DNA of 63,977 bases, filler included, from Dirinaria sp. TL-2023a (taxonomy: Eukaryota), in assembly GCA_051941275.1 (NCBI GenBank). It is 3 parts of 3 records of this genome, joined end to end, with 100 filler letters (N's around TTAATTAATTAA, not from the genome) between each part and the next. Parts side by side here need not be neighbours in the genome. Positions count along the whole stretch, not along the records: positions 44,395 to 63,977 come from JAVEBF010000324.1; 2 more parts are not named here. One strand, given 5' to 3'. Below the pieces are notes generated by a model, which was not told the DNA's origin, searched no databases, and was given only the letters and a program-made list of their open reading frames with translations. Made by a program: the position numbers and the translations under genes. Positions 51,708 through 63,977 of the stretch are shown in pieces. The stretch's first letter is position 1; each line of letters begins with the position of its first letter.

Positions 51708-52553
51708 TACCTTGCCGTGTCGAAGCCATGAATGGGTCCTAAGGTAGTCCTAGCTTTTATCATACACTCATGGTAAGTATTTTCATGTCTCTACCTACCC
51801 TTTCAGGAAATCAGGTAATGACCGTAAAGGATTTCAGTCTTTGAAAATTCTATTGGTTGAGTTCGGAGGCCTATCAAATGTAGCTAGGGACTCTACTCAC
51901 ATCATCCACCTTAAGGTACTCGGTATGAATGATTTGCTTGAAGATATTAAAGACCAAGAGTCAGTGGTCAACCTGTCCCGAAGCATTATTGATCTGTACA
52001 GATGTTTCTACATTACAACTTTAGAAATTGCAACAGGCCTCAATTATTGCCCTCTACTGGCTGCTTATATGGCTCTGAAACCCTAGAATAATGTCAATTG
52101 TCAACATGGCCGCCTGTCCTCTGCTTCCAATTGCTCTAGTGTAAGTCATCGCCGGAACGGCAGAGGAGCTCCAATCATTTCGGTCAGGCTCTATCGCAAG
52201 TTCGCAAGGCGCTTTGACTGAGAGTCTCCATGGATAGGCGCGAGAACACAGTGCAGATGATACTTAACCACGTAATAGCTGAGATTTGAGTAGACAGATA
52301 GTGGATAGTATCAGTAAAGCGTGGTATGGGATAGAGCGCGGATCATGGTGAGGCAAGAAACAAGCGGCCCGCTTCGAGTGGAAAGTGGTCTGCACGTGTT
52401 GCTCCCTATTGTACACTTGCTGAAAGATTAATATATAGCCAGAGGCAAGCATCCATGATACTATTTACGCTCAACCTTACACGTCGTGAGCAAGGTAGCC
52501 TCTAGCTTCTTCAGGCTCTTACGTTAACATCAGCTCGCACTCCACGGGATCTT

Positions 52554-53067
52554 CTAACTGAACCTATCCCCCTTTCTTGACCTGTACGGCTCACTGGCTT
52601 CGTATTTGCTCTTTTCTCTTAACAGATGGCTGTCGTGCTCTGGAGCATGCCGAGCGGGCCCAGGGTCGGCGCTCGCTTCATTACTTAGGCTGCTCGTGTT
52701 ATCCACGACCTTCCTTTTCTTCTTTTTAGGCGGTGCAGCCTCTGCGTCAGGTTTAGCAGCCAGGAAAAGCTCACGCCGCTTCATATCCGCTTCATGGCGA
52801 GCTTTTCTATCGGCATTGATTGACCGTTTCGCAAAATAGTAAGCCCCACCGCCCGCTAGCACAATCAGCGACATCCAACCAATATGCGTGTACCAGTGCT
52901 CTCTATCAACCCATCTTACCTAGAATCAAAGAGCCCCATCCAATCCTAACATAGGGTCAGACCCAGCTCCCCAATGTGGTGCCAGAGGCGCTGCTAACCA
53001 TGTTGATCGGATCTAAGGTGTTGAGTAGCTGAACAAAGAACGTGCTATGAATACGTACAGTGTTCAT
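52554..53067 (-). CDS. small DUF4748-like membrane protein with three microexons
   Basis: Exons 53059-53067 (MNT), 52999-53012, 52920-52945 and 52554-52855 give MNTIRSTWIGWGSLILAGGGAYYFAKRSINADR...KSKYEASEPYRSRKGDRFS. Confidence 0.8.
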
Positions 53068-53488
53068 TTTGCTATTTCTCACTTAGGACATTCTGATTTT
53101 GATGCTGCGTAGGACTCAGTGAGGTAGTGAGAAGGACAAGCAACCTCAAGGCAAGTTCTATACCTAGCTTATATAGGTAAGGTTGTAGGCAAGTACCTTA
53201 GGTACCTTACCTTAAGGTAACTAAACGTAGTTAGCTATTATGTAAGCTGCAGGGATGTGGGTTTCGCCTTGCTCTTGGCATTTACTAGTGTCATTTGAAT
53301 ATTACAGGGCATCAACTGGAAGCTTTGACTCACAATCTTTTACTACCATCACATATCCTGCCTACAAGCGACTGACTTGGTGTCAAAAGGTGATCTTTAT
53401 GGTCTCAGGATGTCATAGGCTTTGTGACTACCAAATAGGATGGTGATGTGAGCGATCCTGATTTTTCTGCATACCCATCCAGAAGAGG

Positions 53489-56074
53489 ATGGCCTCGAAA
53501 CGTAAAGCATCGACGACCCCACATGGAGGCAGACCGTCTAAGAGGTCAGCTTCTGGAACAGCTACACCCCAAAGCATTGGAAGCAGCGATGAATATACTG
53601 AGGATGGCGCTTATGCTAGTGGAAGTGAGGGGGAGAATCTTAATAAAGCCGTAAAAGCATTTTCTGCCGATGCGCTCAAAGGTCGCTCAAAAGCGCAAAG
53701 CAAGCCATCTGGCAACGAAGTCAAGTCTGCTGGGATCATTGATCTCTCTGATCTAAGTCTCAAGTCGGATCATCACAACCGCCCCATGTGGATCGATCCT
53801 CGGAATGAAAAGATTATTCTCGAGAGCTTTGCTCCATTAGCCAGCCAGGCGCAGGACTTTCTGACAACGATAGCGGAGCCACTCTCGCGTCCTCATTTTC
53901 TACATGAATACAAGTTGACTGTCCATAGCTTGTACGCAGCGGTGTCTGTTGGGCTCGTACCTGAAGACATAGTAAACACGTTAGATCAGTTCTCCAAAAC
54001 GCCAGTCCCCGAAGGTATTAGGCGTTTCATTATCAATGGCGGGCAGGCTTTTGGGAAGTTGAAGAAAGTTTTGAAACACAACAAGTTCTATTTGGAGACA
54101 TCCGAGAGCAAGGTTCTGCAAAAGCTCGTTCAGGACGAAGTTATTGCAGGCCAGCTAGTGAACGGCAATGAGAACATCATCACCGAAAGAGCACCCAAAA
54201 TGGGCACGATAGTAATACCGGGGACAAAGGAAGCTGCAGGGGTCAAGCAGAGGCCCGATGCTCCAATTCAAGGGCAGACTCCTCCAGACGAGACAAGTGG
54301 GGTAGCGAAGGATGACGATATTATGGTCACTCTAAGGGAAGATGACGACGATGAGGACGATGACGATGGAAGGCAGATCCATTCCGTAGAAATCATCAAA
54401 GATAGTATGGCCATTGAGACGGTCCAAAGGCGCTGCCGTGAGATCGGGTATCCTGTGCTTGAGGAATATGATTACAATAACGACAGAGTCAATCCGAACC
54501 TGGATATAGATCTCAAGCCGAATACTACGATCCGTAGTTACCAAGAAAAGAGCTTGAGTAAGATGTTCAGTAATGGACGAGCTCGTAGTGGCATCATTGT
54601 CCTGCCTTGCGGTGCGGGCAAAACACTTGTTGGGATCACGGCAGCATGCACAATCAAGAAGGGCATCGTCATCCTTTGCACCAGCTCCATGTCGGTAGTA
54701 CAGTGGCGAAACGAATTTCTCAAGTGGTCGAATATCAGTGCCAACGATATTGCGATCTTCACTTCTGATCACAAGGAGAAATTCACTCGAAGCACTGGCA
54801 TCATTGTATCAACGTACTCCATGGTCACGCAGACGAGGTCAAGGTCTTATGATGCGCAGAAAATGATGGATTTTATAACGTCCCGGGAATGGGGTCTTAT
54901 GATTCTCGATGAAGTGCACGTCGTGCCAGCATCGATCTTTAGAAAAGTCACCGGCTCGGTTGCCACTCATTCGAAGCTCGGTTTGACGGCTACCCTACTT
55001 CGTGAAGACGACAAGATCTCACATCTAAATTTCCTTATCGGCCCCAAGCTCTATGAGGCTAATTGGATGGAGCTCGCAGACCAGGGGCACATCGCTAAGG
55101 TGCAATGTGCTGAAGTCTGGTGTCCGATGACTACAGAATTCTACCAGGAGTACTTGAGGGAATCGTCGCGAAAGAGAGCTCTCCTATACGTCATGAACCC
55201 TAGAAAATTCCAGGCTTGCCAGTTCCTCATCGATTATCACGAGAGGCGAGGTGATAAGACAATCGTGTTCTCTGACAATGTCTATGCGTTGGAACGATAC
55301 GCTTTGAAGCTGAAAAAATTCTATATTTATGGTGGCACACCGCAAAATGAACGTCTTCGCGTTCTCGAGAACTTCCAGCACAGTGAACAGGTCAATACCA
55401 TATTCTTGTCTAAGATCGGTGATACCTCCCTCGATCTGCCGGAAGCTACGTGCTTGATTCAGATCTCCTCGCACTATGGATCACGCCGTCAGGAAGCGCA
55501 GCGGCTTGGTCGCATTCTTCGAGCAAAACGAAGGAATGATGAAGGCTTCAATGCCTTCTTTTATTCTCTCGTCTCGAAGGATACACAAGAGATGTACTAC
55601 TCGTCAAAACGTCAAGCGTTTCTTGTCGATCAAGGCTATGCGTTCAAAGTCATCACGCACTTGCAAGGCATCGAGAACCTTCCTGGTTTAGCGTACGCCT
55701 CTCCCGCGGAACGAAGAGAGCTACTGCAAGAAGTCATGCTTCAAAATGAGACATCGGCCGATATTGAGAAGGTCGACGATGATCTGTTTTCAGCACGTTC
55801 GAGCGGGCCAAGAGGGAAGAGCAATGCCCTGGCCAAGAAAGGAGCCAAGCGAACGGCAGGTATGCTCAGCGATCTGAGTGGTGGCCAAGACATGGTAAAA
55901 TTCTCGACTCCAAGTTTTTCAGATCCAATGGAGCTGACTTTGATTCAGGCGTATATCGAATATAATAAGAGCCGGAACAAAGAGCTCAAGGGCAAAGGGA
56001 ACCCCTTGTTTCGCAAACTGGCCCGTGAACAACAAAAGCGCAAAGCGGCGCGCCTCGAAGGGTACAAAGATTAG
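53489..56074 (+). CDS. SSL2: TFIIH XPB DNA helicase
   Basis: [44 protein letters not shown] and [14 protein letters not shown]. In-frame 54-nt intron at 55895-55948. Confidence 0.97.
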   Translation: MASKRKASTTPHGGRPSKRSASGTATPQSIGSSDEYTEDGAYASGSEGENLNKAVKAFSADALKGRSKAQSKPSGNEVKSAGIIDLSDLSLKSDHHNRPMWIDPRNEKIILESFAPLASQAQDFLTTIAEPLSRPHFLHEYKLTVHSLYAAVSVGLVPEDIVNTLDQFSKTPVPEGIRRFIINGGQAFGKLKKVLKHNKFYLETSESKVLQKLVQDEVIAGQLVNGNENIITERAPKMGTIVIPGTKEAAGVKQRPDAPIQGQTPPDETSGVAKDDDIMVTLREDDDDEDDDDGRQIHSVEIIKDSMAIETVQRRCREIGYPVLEEYDYNNDRVNPNLDIDLKPNTTIRSYQEKSLSKMFSNGRARSGIIVLPCGAGKTLVGITAACTIKKGIVILCTSSMSVVQWRNEFLKWSNISANDIAIFTSDHKEKFTRSTGIIVSTYSMVTQTRSRSYDAQKMMDFITSREWGLMILDEVHVVPASIFRKVTGSVATHSKLGLTATLLREDDKISHLNFLIGPKLYEANWMELADQGHIAKVQCAEVWCPMTTEFYQEYLRESSRKRALLYVMNPRKFQACQFLIDYHERRGDKTIVFSDNVYALERYALKLKKFYIYGGTPQNERLRVLENFQHSEQVNTIFLSKIGDTSLDLPEATCLIQISSHYGSRRQEAQRLGRILRAKRRNDEGFNAFFYSLVSKDTQEMYYSSKRQAFLVDQGYAFKVITHLQGIENLPGLAYASPAERRELLQEVMLQNETSADIEKVDDDLFSARSSGPRGKSNALAKKGAKRTAGMLSDLSGGQDMVKFSTPSFSDPMELTLIQAYIEYNKSRNKELKGKGNPLFRKLAREQQKRKAARLEGYKD

Positions 56075-56764
56075 GGCGCCTACGACAGTTATGGTTGAAA
56101 TCTGTTACTCTGCATGGCGTTGTTTGGCAAGACGGGAGTATTGTGGTATTGTGGGTCCAACCGAAAATCTAATCCCAACATTTTTGGGAGATGTCAGCTC
56201 TAAAGGGCGATCATGCAAAAACCATCGACTCAGATCCTGAGGCTGTTTTAGCCCTTGTCGTGAAGCTAAATGCTGCAGTCCTCACAATCAAGGACGGAGT
56301 CGAAGCCGTTGATAAGGCTTTCGCTCTACTGGGATGCCTAAACTAATAAGTTGAAGAGCTCTCAATAAGCGCATGTTGGTCTATTGCTTTACGTCAAGTG
56401 ACGATTAGGACTTCTCCTCACATTCTAGGATGTTTGTCTCGCACTGGTGGTTGGATTGGGTAAGCATCCTGGATTGGCGACAGCTAGGAGCGGAATCTTG
56501 CCGCAGGCTTTTTCGCACGTACTTAAAAGTAACTCGGCGTCACTACTGTAAGCGAAGCGTCTGTGTATTCCTCGAGGGTTCGAACAGTGCATAATCCTTT
56601 ATTGTCGGAGAGACTTGCAATCGGACCTTTCAAGCCTCTTTACTCCCTAGATTAAACCTGGGTCGTGCAGAAGGGCCATTGCTTTCAAGGAACAGGTATT
56701 GCGCCCTTACAAAGACAATTTTCGAAGAACTAGTTTAATTAGTTCTCCCAAACATCTGAGAAGA

Positions 56765-58479
56765 ATGGCGACGGCGTCAAACATTGCGCTTTCGCTTGAT
56801 GTTTGTGGCGAGTTTCATGTACCTGGCATCAGCCCGGAGTCGGCGGCTAAGGCCTCTGAAGTGCTTCAGGAAAATCATGAGCTTCATCACATCTTTCGAA
56901 ATGCCGCTGGCTTTCATAGTATGTATGCGTTTTTGCGTAGGTTTTGCAAATACCGTCGCTAGCATCTTTTCTGAAATTGCCGTTGCCACAAACCCCTCTA
57001 AGGAATACCCTCCAATATGGTCCTAAAGATCTCCCACGTTTCTTTCCGAACTGGAGCTAGACACTCCTCTGATACTATCCGTAGATCATCTTGTACACCA
57101 CATTCTTACCTTGTACGCTCTTGGAGCCACACCTGAGCAAATCGAACGACATTACAATAACAACAAAACCGCCCAGCGACCTCAACAGCCCTTGCACAAC
57201 CGCGTCGCAGAGGAGCTCCGTGACAGTGAGAGATACCAAGAGTATTTAGGAAAGGAGATACATTATTACGATTACCTGGTTTACTTCCAGAGGGAGATTG
57301 GTAGGAAAGGATACCAAGAAGTGATCAATGAGTACCTGCTCCAAGGAGATGAACGTGCCGACGATATGCTAGGAAGAATGTTCTCTGGTATGTCAAGAGA
57401 AAGTACTTTGGTCTGTGAGAGTATATCAGACTCACTTATTACAGGATTCTTGCATCCTATCATCCACCTAGGTTTTGGACTGGAATTCCAGCAACCAGCC
57501 ATTGTGGCCGAAGCTCTTGCACAAGCGGCCGTGCACGATAATTGGCTGAATCCGTATTTTTTCCGCGCTGAGCAGGCAGCCCTCTCGACTGGAAAGAGCA
57601 AAAGTCTTGTAGCGCTCCTCGACGAGATCAAGGCCGATACAAAGCTTAGTACAGCAGCCCACTGGAGTGATTCAAATAAAATACGGGACGGGATCTTGGT
57701 CCGAGCTCCTGACGAGATGATCAAATACGCAAGCCAGTTCAAAGTCGGAACAGAAGAGCTGGTGGAGAAGACAGCTGAGGCAACTAATGCTGCAAGTGAG
57801 TCCTTCATAAATCAAAATGATGGTGGAAAGGTACTGATTTGGCACAGTCTACTATGCGGGAGGCGCTCAGCATCCACCCAAGCAGATCAAATTCGACTTT
57901 TACTTCATCCACTGTGTCAACAGCTCCATATTCTTTACGTTTTTTCTTCATGCACGTTGGATCAGTGCTAAGAACAAAGTCAGGCTGCTCGAATGGAAGG
58001 CCCGGATTGACCTGTGCATGTACGCGTCACGAAGGTCTCCCGAGCCACTGATGGACGAGATTGTCAACTACCGGCCTGCCAAGACACGACAGAGTTCGTG
58101 GGGCCAGATTTACAAGCGGGCTTGCGAATTCTCGGACGACGGCCACGGGTCGAAACTGGTGCGGGCATTATCAAATGGAGAAATCATTTCAAAACCATTT
58201 GAAGGCGACCCGAGGTTTCGAATCCATGGCAGCCGTATGTGGCAGCAGCTCGGCAACATGGGTAAGCTGGATCCAGGGTATGCTGATCATACGCTTAACG
58301 TAATGGCAGCTATCGATTCCGTCGAAGATTCCGGAAGCAATTGGGTCGGAAGCGCGGGCTTCGATGAAGCATGGGAGAGGCAAGTTGTTCGTATTGTCAG
58401 TCACACCTCGCTGCTGACAGGATTTTCCTATAGCTTTGAAGACCGTTCTCGGGCCCTCTATGATTTGAGAGACCCATGA
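56765..58479 (+). CDS. questin oxidase / HypA-like oxidoreductase (DUF4243), multi-exon
   Basis: LQENHELHHIF...GFH|NHLVHHILTLYALGA, GFLHPIIHLGFGLEF, EALAQAAVH, FDFYFIHCVNSSIF, RLLEWK and DDGHGSKLVRAL. Confidence 0.85.
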
Positions 58480-58767
58480 CTCAGAGTCACCGTGGGTACG
58501 GATTGGTATAGGCTCGTAGGGTGAGGCGGGCTTTGCATAAATTGGCAGTAGCACAGGTATTCCGTTGGACCGTAAAGTACTACAAATTCGATACAAAGGC
58601 GAATCTTACCATTCGTGCAAACGGATCAACAAATCAATATATAAATGAACCCGTTACGAGTAGAGCATCCGTCAAGCAATCCCCTCGATACAACCACCAG
58701 TCAGATGGATGACTCAGCGGTACTGTAATTCCTTGATTTACCTACCTTACCTTAAGGTACCTTCCAT

Positions 58768-58983
58768 TACTTTCTGTTCAGGGTTAGGGTTATTGGAAGT
58801 ATTTTGTACTCCATCAATAAGGTACCTTAAGGTAATAATGCGTCAGAAGCAGCAGGTTATTTTATGGTGTTGGAAGGCCTTGTAATTATTAGTAAGGTAT
58901 TAGGTTGATGAGGTGGGATGACAATATTTGCTGCAACCCTAACCCTGACAAGGAAGTAAGGTGAAAGTGGGTGAACATGAGTA
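58768..58983. mobile_element. degenerate second copy of the TTAGGG-arm MITE
   Basis: Left arm TACTTTCTGTTCAGGGTTAGGGTTA; right arm CAACCCTAACCCTGACAAGGAAGTAAGGTGAAA...GAGTA. Both match the arms at 40167-40320, with a different spacer. Confidence 0.6.
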
Positions 58984-59230
58984 TCGTTATCACCCACCCG
59001 CCACCGCTCCCGTTCAACCAACTACTGTACGCTTGCTACGCTCCTTCCATATACTTCATTCCTAGCTAGAAAAGCGTCTACTTTCGCTTTACTGGACATT
59101 TGAGTATTCCACTACGTCGTAGACTTCTAAACTCCCTACCTATGCCTGATACTACGCCCACCATTTGATCCCCACACCTATTCAAACTCGGTCCAATCAT
59201 CTGCGCTTTATCTACTCTCTGATTCTAATC

Positions 59231-60532
59231 ATGCCTCCACCAAATGACGACGCAACATCTTCAACCACGCGTCGCGAAGATCCGTCCAACCCCTTCATAG
59301 GCTTCCGCCGCTTCGCCGACGAGCAGATGGCGTCAGTACTGCACACTATCTTCGGCCAGCCGCCGAAATCGAAAGTCGCCCAACCTTCAAGCCAGGATGC
59401 CGACCTGCCTTGGATTGCCCAAGCCATGACTGATGAGCAACGGCGTCGGCTCCGACGCATGCATGAAGAACTTCCCCCCTCAGCAGCCTACGGCAGGCCC
59501 ACCAACCCATTCCACGATCCAGAGGAGAGAAAAGGGGATGCACGAGGATCAGAGGATGAGCCAAGGAAATGCCCGTATAGGCCCGCACACCAAGAGGTGC
59601 CGGAACGAAACCGCAATGGCCCGCCTCCTGAATTGGCGTGGAAGCCGTTCTATGACGATGATAATGTCGAGTCCGCCTTACCTCAGGAAGGCCCATCTAG
59701 TTGCTTCGGCTGGTGGGACGAATACCTGTATTTCTCCAAGTACTCACCTGTTCTCCTTGAGGAAGCGGACGGCTTGAAGCAAGGGAGCATGAAATGGAGA
59801 CAGGCGTTTGAGGACTTGATCGCGGTGCAAGACGGCCGTCCTTTGCCTCCGCCCGATGCGTCCGAGCCTCCAAGCTTTCTTGACCGTTGGGCTGGAGCTA
59901 TGGAGCTTGGGAATCCGTATCGAATGAGTTTACGAGACGCTATTGAAGCGCAAGAAAAATCAGAGGCAAGGTGGCGTAGTATAGTAGACGGCTCATATGA
60001 GCCGGAGGACAATTTGGACGAAGACACTGATGTGGATGGAGACAACGATGACAAAGCCTTCGAGGATGCACGTGGCCCCTTTGACTATGTTGAATGCTGC
60101 GCACCTACCGAACAAGACTTGGGCGGTTACATACTGAAGGATCCGACTTTAATCTCGTCGCCGCTGATGAAGTCCTTATGGCGCGAAGCATTCAGGAAAG
60201 AGCACTACAATGAAATTGAAGGTAGTGGTACTTCTGCCACTGACACCTTGAGCGGGTTTGCGAAGCCTGGCATCACCTCCACGCTTACAACGACCGAGCG
60301 AACCACGCTGCCAGACGGCACCGTGCACACAAAGATGGTGCTGAAGAAGCGTTTTGCAGATGGTCGGGAGGAAAGTGCGGAGACGACCCATACAACGCAC
60401 GGCCATCAGGAGCAGCCGCCGAAGCAGGTCGAATCGAAGGCTAAGACAGAAAAGGTATTCAAGCACAACGGGGAGGAAAAGCCAAAGGAGCAAGTGAAGG
60501 AGAAGAAGAAGACTGGGTGGTTCTGGAATTGA
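59231..60532 (+). CDS. conserved fungal hypothetical protein
   Basis: Intronless 433-aa ORF with NPFIGFRRFADEQ, YSP..LE, WRQAFEDL, TLTTTERTTLPDGTVHTKMVLKKRFADGREES and C-terminal GWFWN. Confidence 0.75.
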   Translation: MPPPNDDATSSTTRREDPSNPFIGFRRFADEQMASVLHTIFGQPPKSKVAQPSSQDADLPWIAQAMTDEQRRRLRRMHEELPPSAAYGRPTNPFHDPEERKGDARGSEDEPRKCPYRPAHQEVPERNRNGPPPELAWKPFYDDDNVESALPQEGPSSCFGWWDEYLYFSKYSPVLLEEADGLKQGSMKWRQAFEDLIAVQDGRPLPPPDASEPPSFLDRWAGAMELGNPYRMSLRDAIEAQEKSEARWRSIVDGSYEPEDNLDEDTDVDGDNDDKAFEDARGPFDYVECCAPTEQDLGGYILKDPTLISSPLMKSLWREAFRKEHYNEIEGSGTSATDTLSGFAKPGITSTLTTTERTTLPDGTVHTKMVLKKRFADGREESAETTHTTHGHQEQPPKQVESKAKTEKVFKHNGEEKPKEQVKEKKKTGWFWN

Positions 60533-60989
60533 GCGACAGAACCTTGTTTGAAGGAGTAGCAAGTACTGGCTGGATGGGACAACAATGGCAAATGGGGGGT
60601 GCTAAGGGGATTTATGTGGCTATGGAACCATGGGCAAGGCAGTTTTGGCTGGATGGATATTTATTTTCTCCCCTCAATGTTATTCGTGGCACTCTGCTCG
60701 GCTCTTCGATGGCATGCAGCTCCAACTTTCAAGGAAGGCTTGCCTAGTATTCATCAAACCATCATGAGTAGGCTACACCTATGCTAGCTTATGGAACATG
60801 AAAACCTATCCACCATAGAGACGTATAACCTTGCGATGTTTCTGATGATGTATGCTGTGCATAGGCTACGCGGAACTAGAAAAATTACGGCACTTCGCAC
60901 TTGCATGTTCGTCCGATTTGCAACTAACCACCCTTGTCTGTCGTTGCCATTGCAATATACAAACCACCTTCCTAGCCAGCCAATCATTC

Positions 60990-62305
60990 CTAAATCTTCG
61001 GCCCCGTCCCTACAAACCCCTCCACCACAGCAGTCAACAACCGATTCGCAATCGCCATTCGTGGCGGCAACCTCAATCCACCTTCCTTATACCCCTTAGG
61101 CGCCTCCTCCCCCAGCCCACTGGTACCCAGCTCCAACGCCTCCCTCACCTCCTGCACTTCAACCCACTTCGCATCCTCCAGCTCCGGATCATGTTTCAGG
61201 GCAATCTCTTCCCCCTTTCCCCCCGTCGTCTGCGCAATCGCGCCGATCATCAAGTTGGCGGGATACGGCCAGGGCTGCGTAGAATGGATGACGACACGTC
61301 CAAGCTCGACACCGGCCTCTTCCCACACTTCGCGGCGCACCGCTTCCTCGACCGACTCGGCGGGCTCGACGAACCCGGCTAGCGTCGAATACCAGTACGG
61401 CGGCCACCGCTTTTGCCGCCCCAGTAGCACCCGCGAGCAGTCGGCTGAGACGACGGCGACAATGATGGTCGGGTCTGTGCGTGGGAAGGAGAGGTTCGAG
61501 ATGCCTTTGCGGGTGGCGCAGTCGGGGCGCTCGGTGGTTGGGGTGGCGGTGGTGGTGGAGCCGATGGTGGAAGAGAGCGAGGCAAGGTCTTTGGGCGGGC
61601 ACGTGCGCTTGGTGCCAGCGTTGATGGAGAGCGTGGGCTGTCCGCATTGAGCACAGAACGGGTTGCGCGCGTTCCAGTCCAGCAGCGCACGCGCTTGGGC
61701 GTAAATGGCGCCTGTGGATGCGGGGAGCGACATTTGCATGCGGCCTTCGATAAAAGTGAGGCCGCGGGATTCGAGTGTTGAGATCAGCGTGTTGGCGGCG
61801 GAGGTGATGCTGCCTTTGGGCGTCACATCGAGAGCAAAGTAGGGTGCGCCGCGATAGATGCTGTATTCGAGACCGGATTTGTGGGATTCGTCGATGCCGA
61901 GGAAGAGGAGCTGCGGGATTGTGATTGTGGAGTTGTAGTTGGAGATGATCTCATCTTCGCTTTGCGAGTAGGGGTCGTCGCCGATGAGAGGCTTGACGTC
62001 ATCATAGGAAACATTTTCGAGCTTAGTTGGATCTTTGCCTAAGGGAGCGAGATCTTTAAATAGCATGAAGGACGTCGTGGGATGTTTGAGCGCCGCGGAC
62101 AGAAAATTGTGATCCGTTCGAAGAAAGGAGAGCCGATTCAGGGGCGAGCCTATTGAAGTTAGCATACTCACAGGGTGAATAGCTTGAAAAAGGATTCCCT
62201 GCCAGAGAAGTAATTCGCAACTTCTTTTCCGAATTTGCGTGACAGCATCGAGTCAAGATTAGCGTGCGCTGGCTCAGGCAGTTCTGGTGGTGGCGGCGGC
62301 GGCAT
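60990..62305 (-). CDS. NPY1: NADH pyrophosphatase / NAD-cap decapping Nudix hydrolase (NudC/NUDT12 family)
   Basis: Exon 1 ...SMLSRKFGKEVANYFS|GSPLNRLSFLR, FCAQCG, FPRTDP, Nudix box AGFVEPAESVEEAVRREVWEEAG and QPWPYPANLM. C-terminal PKI is PTS1-like. Confidence 0.92.
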
Positions 62306-62731
62306 TGTTAATCTCCGGTGAAAGACGACGCTTTAGTGGCGATAAGCTCAGAAGAAGATCAATGTTGCTAGAACATCAAGATGCTTTTGCGTATTCGAGG
62401 AAGGGCAGCTGTCGATGGAGTTGCTTAGAAAGCAATTGAATCCCTTGAATGTACAAGTACGGGATGAGATCATTTAATGCCCGCCGTAGTAGGACCCTGA
62501 CGAGTCTCTTAGTTCCGAGGCCGTGGACGCGGAGTTGGATGCCGACTCAATCAATGAACAAACAGCAGCTTGAAAGGCTTCATCATTTCGCTATGAGCAA
62601 AAGGGATTGTCCCTTCTAACTATTGCTCCACGTCAGCAGGGAATTGATCTCTGAACCATATCCCCACCTACCTGGCCCCACTAGCTTGATGGCTATGGTG
62701 TGCCTTATAGATTGCGCCGCACTCAGACTTC

Positions 62732-63604
62732 TTATATAACCGCAGAAGCCTCTGCCGGCTTAGGTGTACCCTTCTCGACCACCTGCTCTTGGCCTGAGCT
62801 TTTACCTTTCAATGCTGGTAAGTCGAAGCTTGGGCTTCTCCCTCCTCGAACTCCTTTCCACCTGCCAAATCCCCCTCCTTCAGGCGTCGTCCACGTCAAA
62901 GCTCCAACCCAAGGCTGAACATTCCACCCCAGTTCGAGAGTGACATTCTTCTGGGAGGCTAATTTGCCGCTGATGTCCGTGATCTGGTATTTTTGCTTCG
63001 AATTCTTAAGATGGACAATGCCAGGCTTCGGGTCTGGTTCGGCCAACTTCTTCTTGCTTGCTGATCCCGTTTTCCGGTCGGTATTAGATTTCTTGGAAGA
63101 CATTAACTCGTTATAAGCATCGAATGGGGTGTAAGGGTGCAGTTGACTGTAAGAGCTGATAATACTGTCCCAGATGATCGCCTGAGAGGGTGGTTCATTT
63201 CGTGAAGAAGATGGATAGGTGGCAGTTATCCAGGCAAAGACTTGTTTGGTATTCCAATTGAATAACGAGGATAAGTCTAGGGTAAAGATTCAGCATTGAC
63301 TGGCCGAAAAGGACGTATGGTTGAGGCAGCCGCACCAGCGTCCAGATCGAACTTGATGTGCGCGTAATCTTCTTTCTTGGTTGAGTAGTAATGCGGTCGG
63401 CCCTTGACTCTAGGACGTTGTAAGCTCCGCATCCGAGTAATAGTTAGATAGCGATACTGACACTTGCACATTCCGTAACTGAATGGTGGCTGAGGGTACT
63501 TGGGGGGATAGGAGCACCGACAAAGCTACGCAGGCGGCGGTCACAAAGGCGACTGTGGTGAAGTAGCCAAAGACATTCTGAGTCCTGACGAGAGAGGAAT
63601 GCAT
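62732..63604 (-). CDS. SPC3: signal peptidase complex subunit SPC22/23
   Basis: MHSSLVRTQNVFGYFTTVAF (TM), VKGRPHYYS..EDYAHIKFDLDA|DLSSLFNWNTKQVF, IIWD, KYQITD and WNVQPWVGAL. Two introns. Confidence 0.9.
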
Positions 63605-63977
63605 GGTGTACAAGACTTTGACGCTTGGAGGAAATCTTAGAGTCACGTTGGCAACGTAAGGTAGCTTCAAAGGGACATACCCAACAATCAAAAGCCGAAA
63701 TGTAAGTATGCAGAAACTACCTACAGTACCTCAGGTAGGTGGGTACACGTATGCAAAAGTAGGGTAAGATATTGTAATTTACCCGTAATATATTTACATT
63801 GCTTGGCGGATTTCCTAGTGCACAAGGAGACAAGGTGCCTGAGATAACCAGAGTGTCTCGCTGCAACAGTTCAACGGAATCTGTCAAATTAAGGTGGTAG
63901 AACGCATAGTTGCTATCTAGAAGCTGGGGGAGCGACCCATCTATAATATACAAAGGGTCGATCACGTGCCGGGTAGA

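Overview
Gene-dense, intron-containing DNA from a filamentous ascomycete (Pezizomycotina; a finer taxon cannot be read from the sequence). The window is three separate contigs (about 1-22119, 22220-44294, 44395-63977) joined by artificial 100-nt N/TTAATTAATTAA/N linkers, so adjacency across linkers carries no meaning. Contig 1 has a Ulp2-like SUMO protease, a small Cys-rich ORF, SWA2/auxilin, URC4/DUF1688 and GTR1, followed by about 7 kb with almost no coding sequence. That stretch holds three copies of a structured ~95-100 nt RNA gene I cannot assign to a known family. Its promoter layout is U6-like Pol III (TATA at about -31 to -33, A box 21 nt in, T5 terminator, B box downstream), and it is the most notable finding. 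Contig 2 has a Sec24/Sfb3 gene, an S1/P1 nuclease, three secreted Ser/Thr-rich proteins, and an amidohydrolase/decarboxylase next to a Zn2Cys6 transcription factor. Contig 3 has WDR83/MORG1, a CASTOR-like ACT protein, a CID protein, a DUF4748-like microexon gene, SSL2/XPB, a questin-oxidase/HypA-like protein, a conserved hypothetical protein, NPY1 and SPC3. There are also two MITE-like families (one carrying TTAGGG telomeric units in its arms), GC-AG introns and a recurrent intergenic AGGTACCT/TACCTTA motif. Exon boundaries were inferred by eye and family names come from motif recognition, not database searches.
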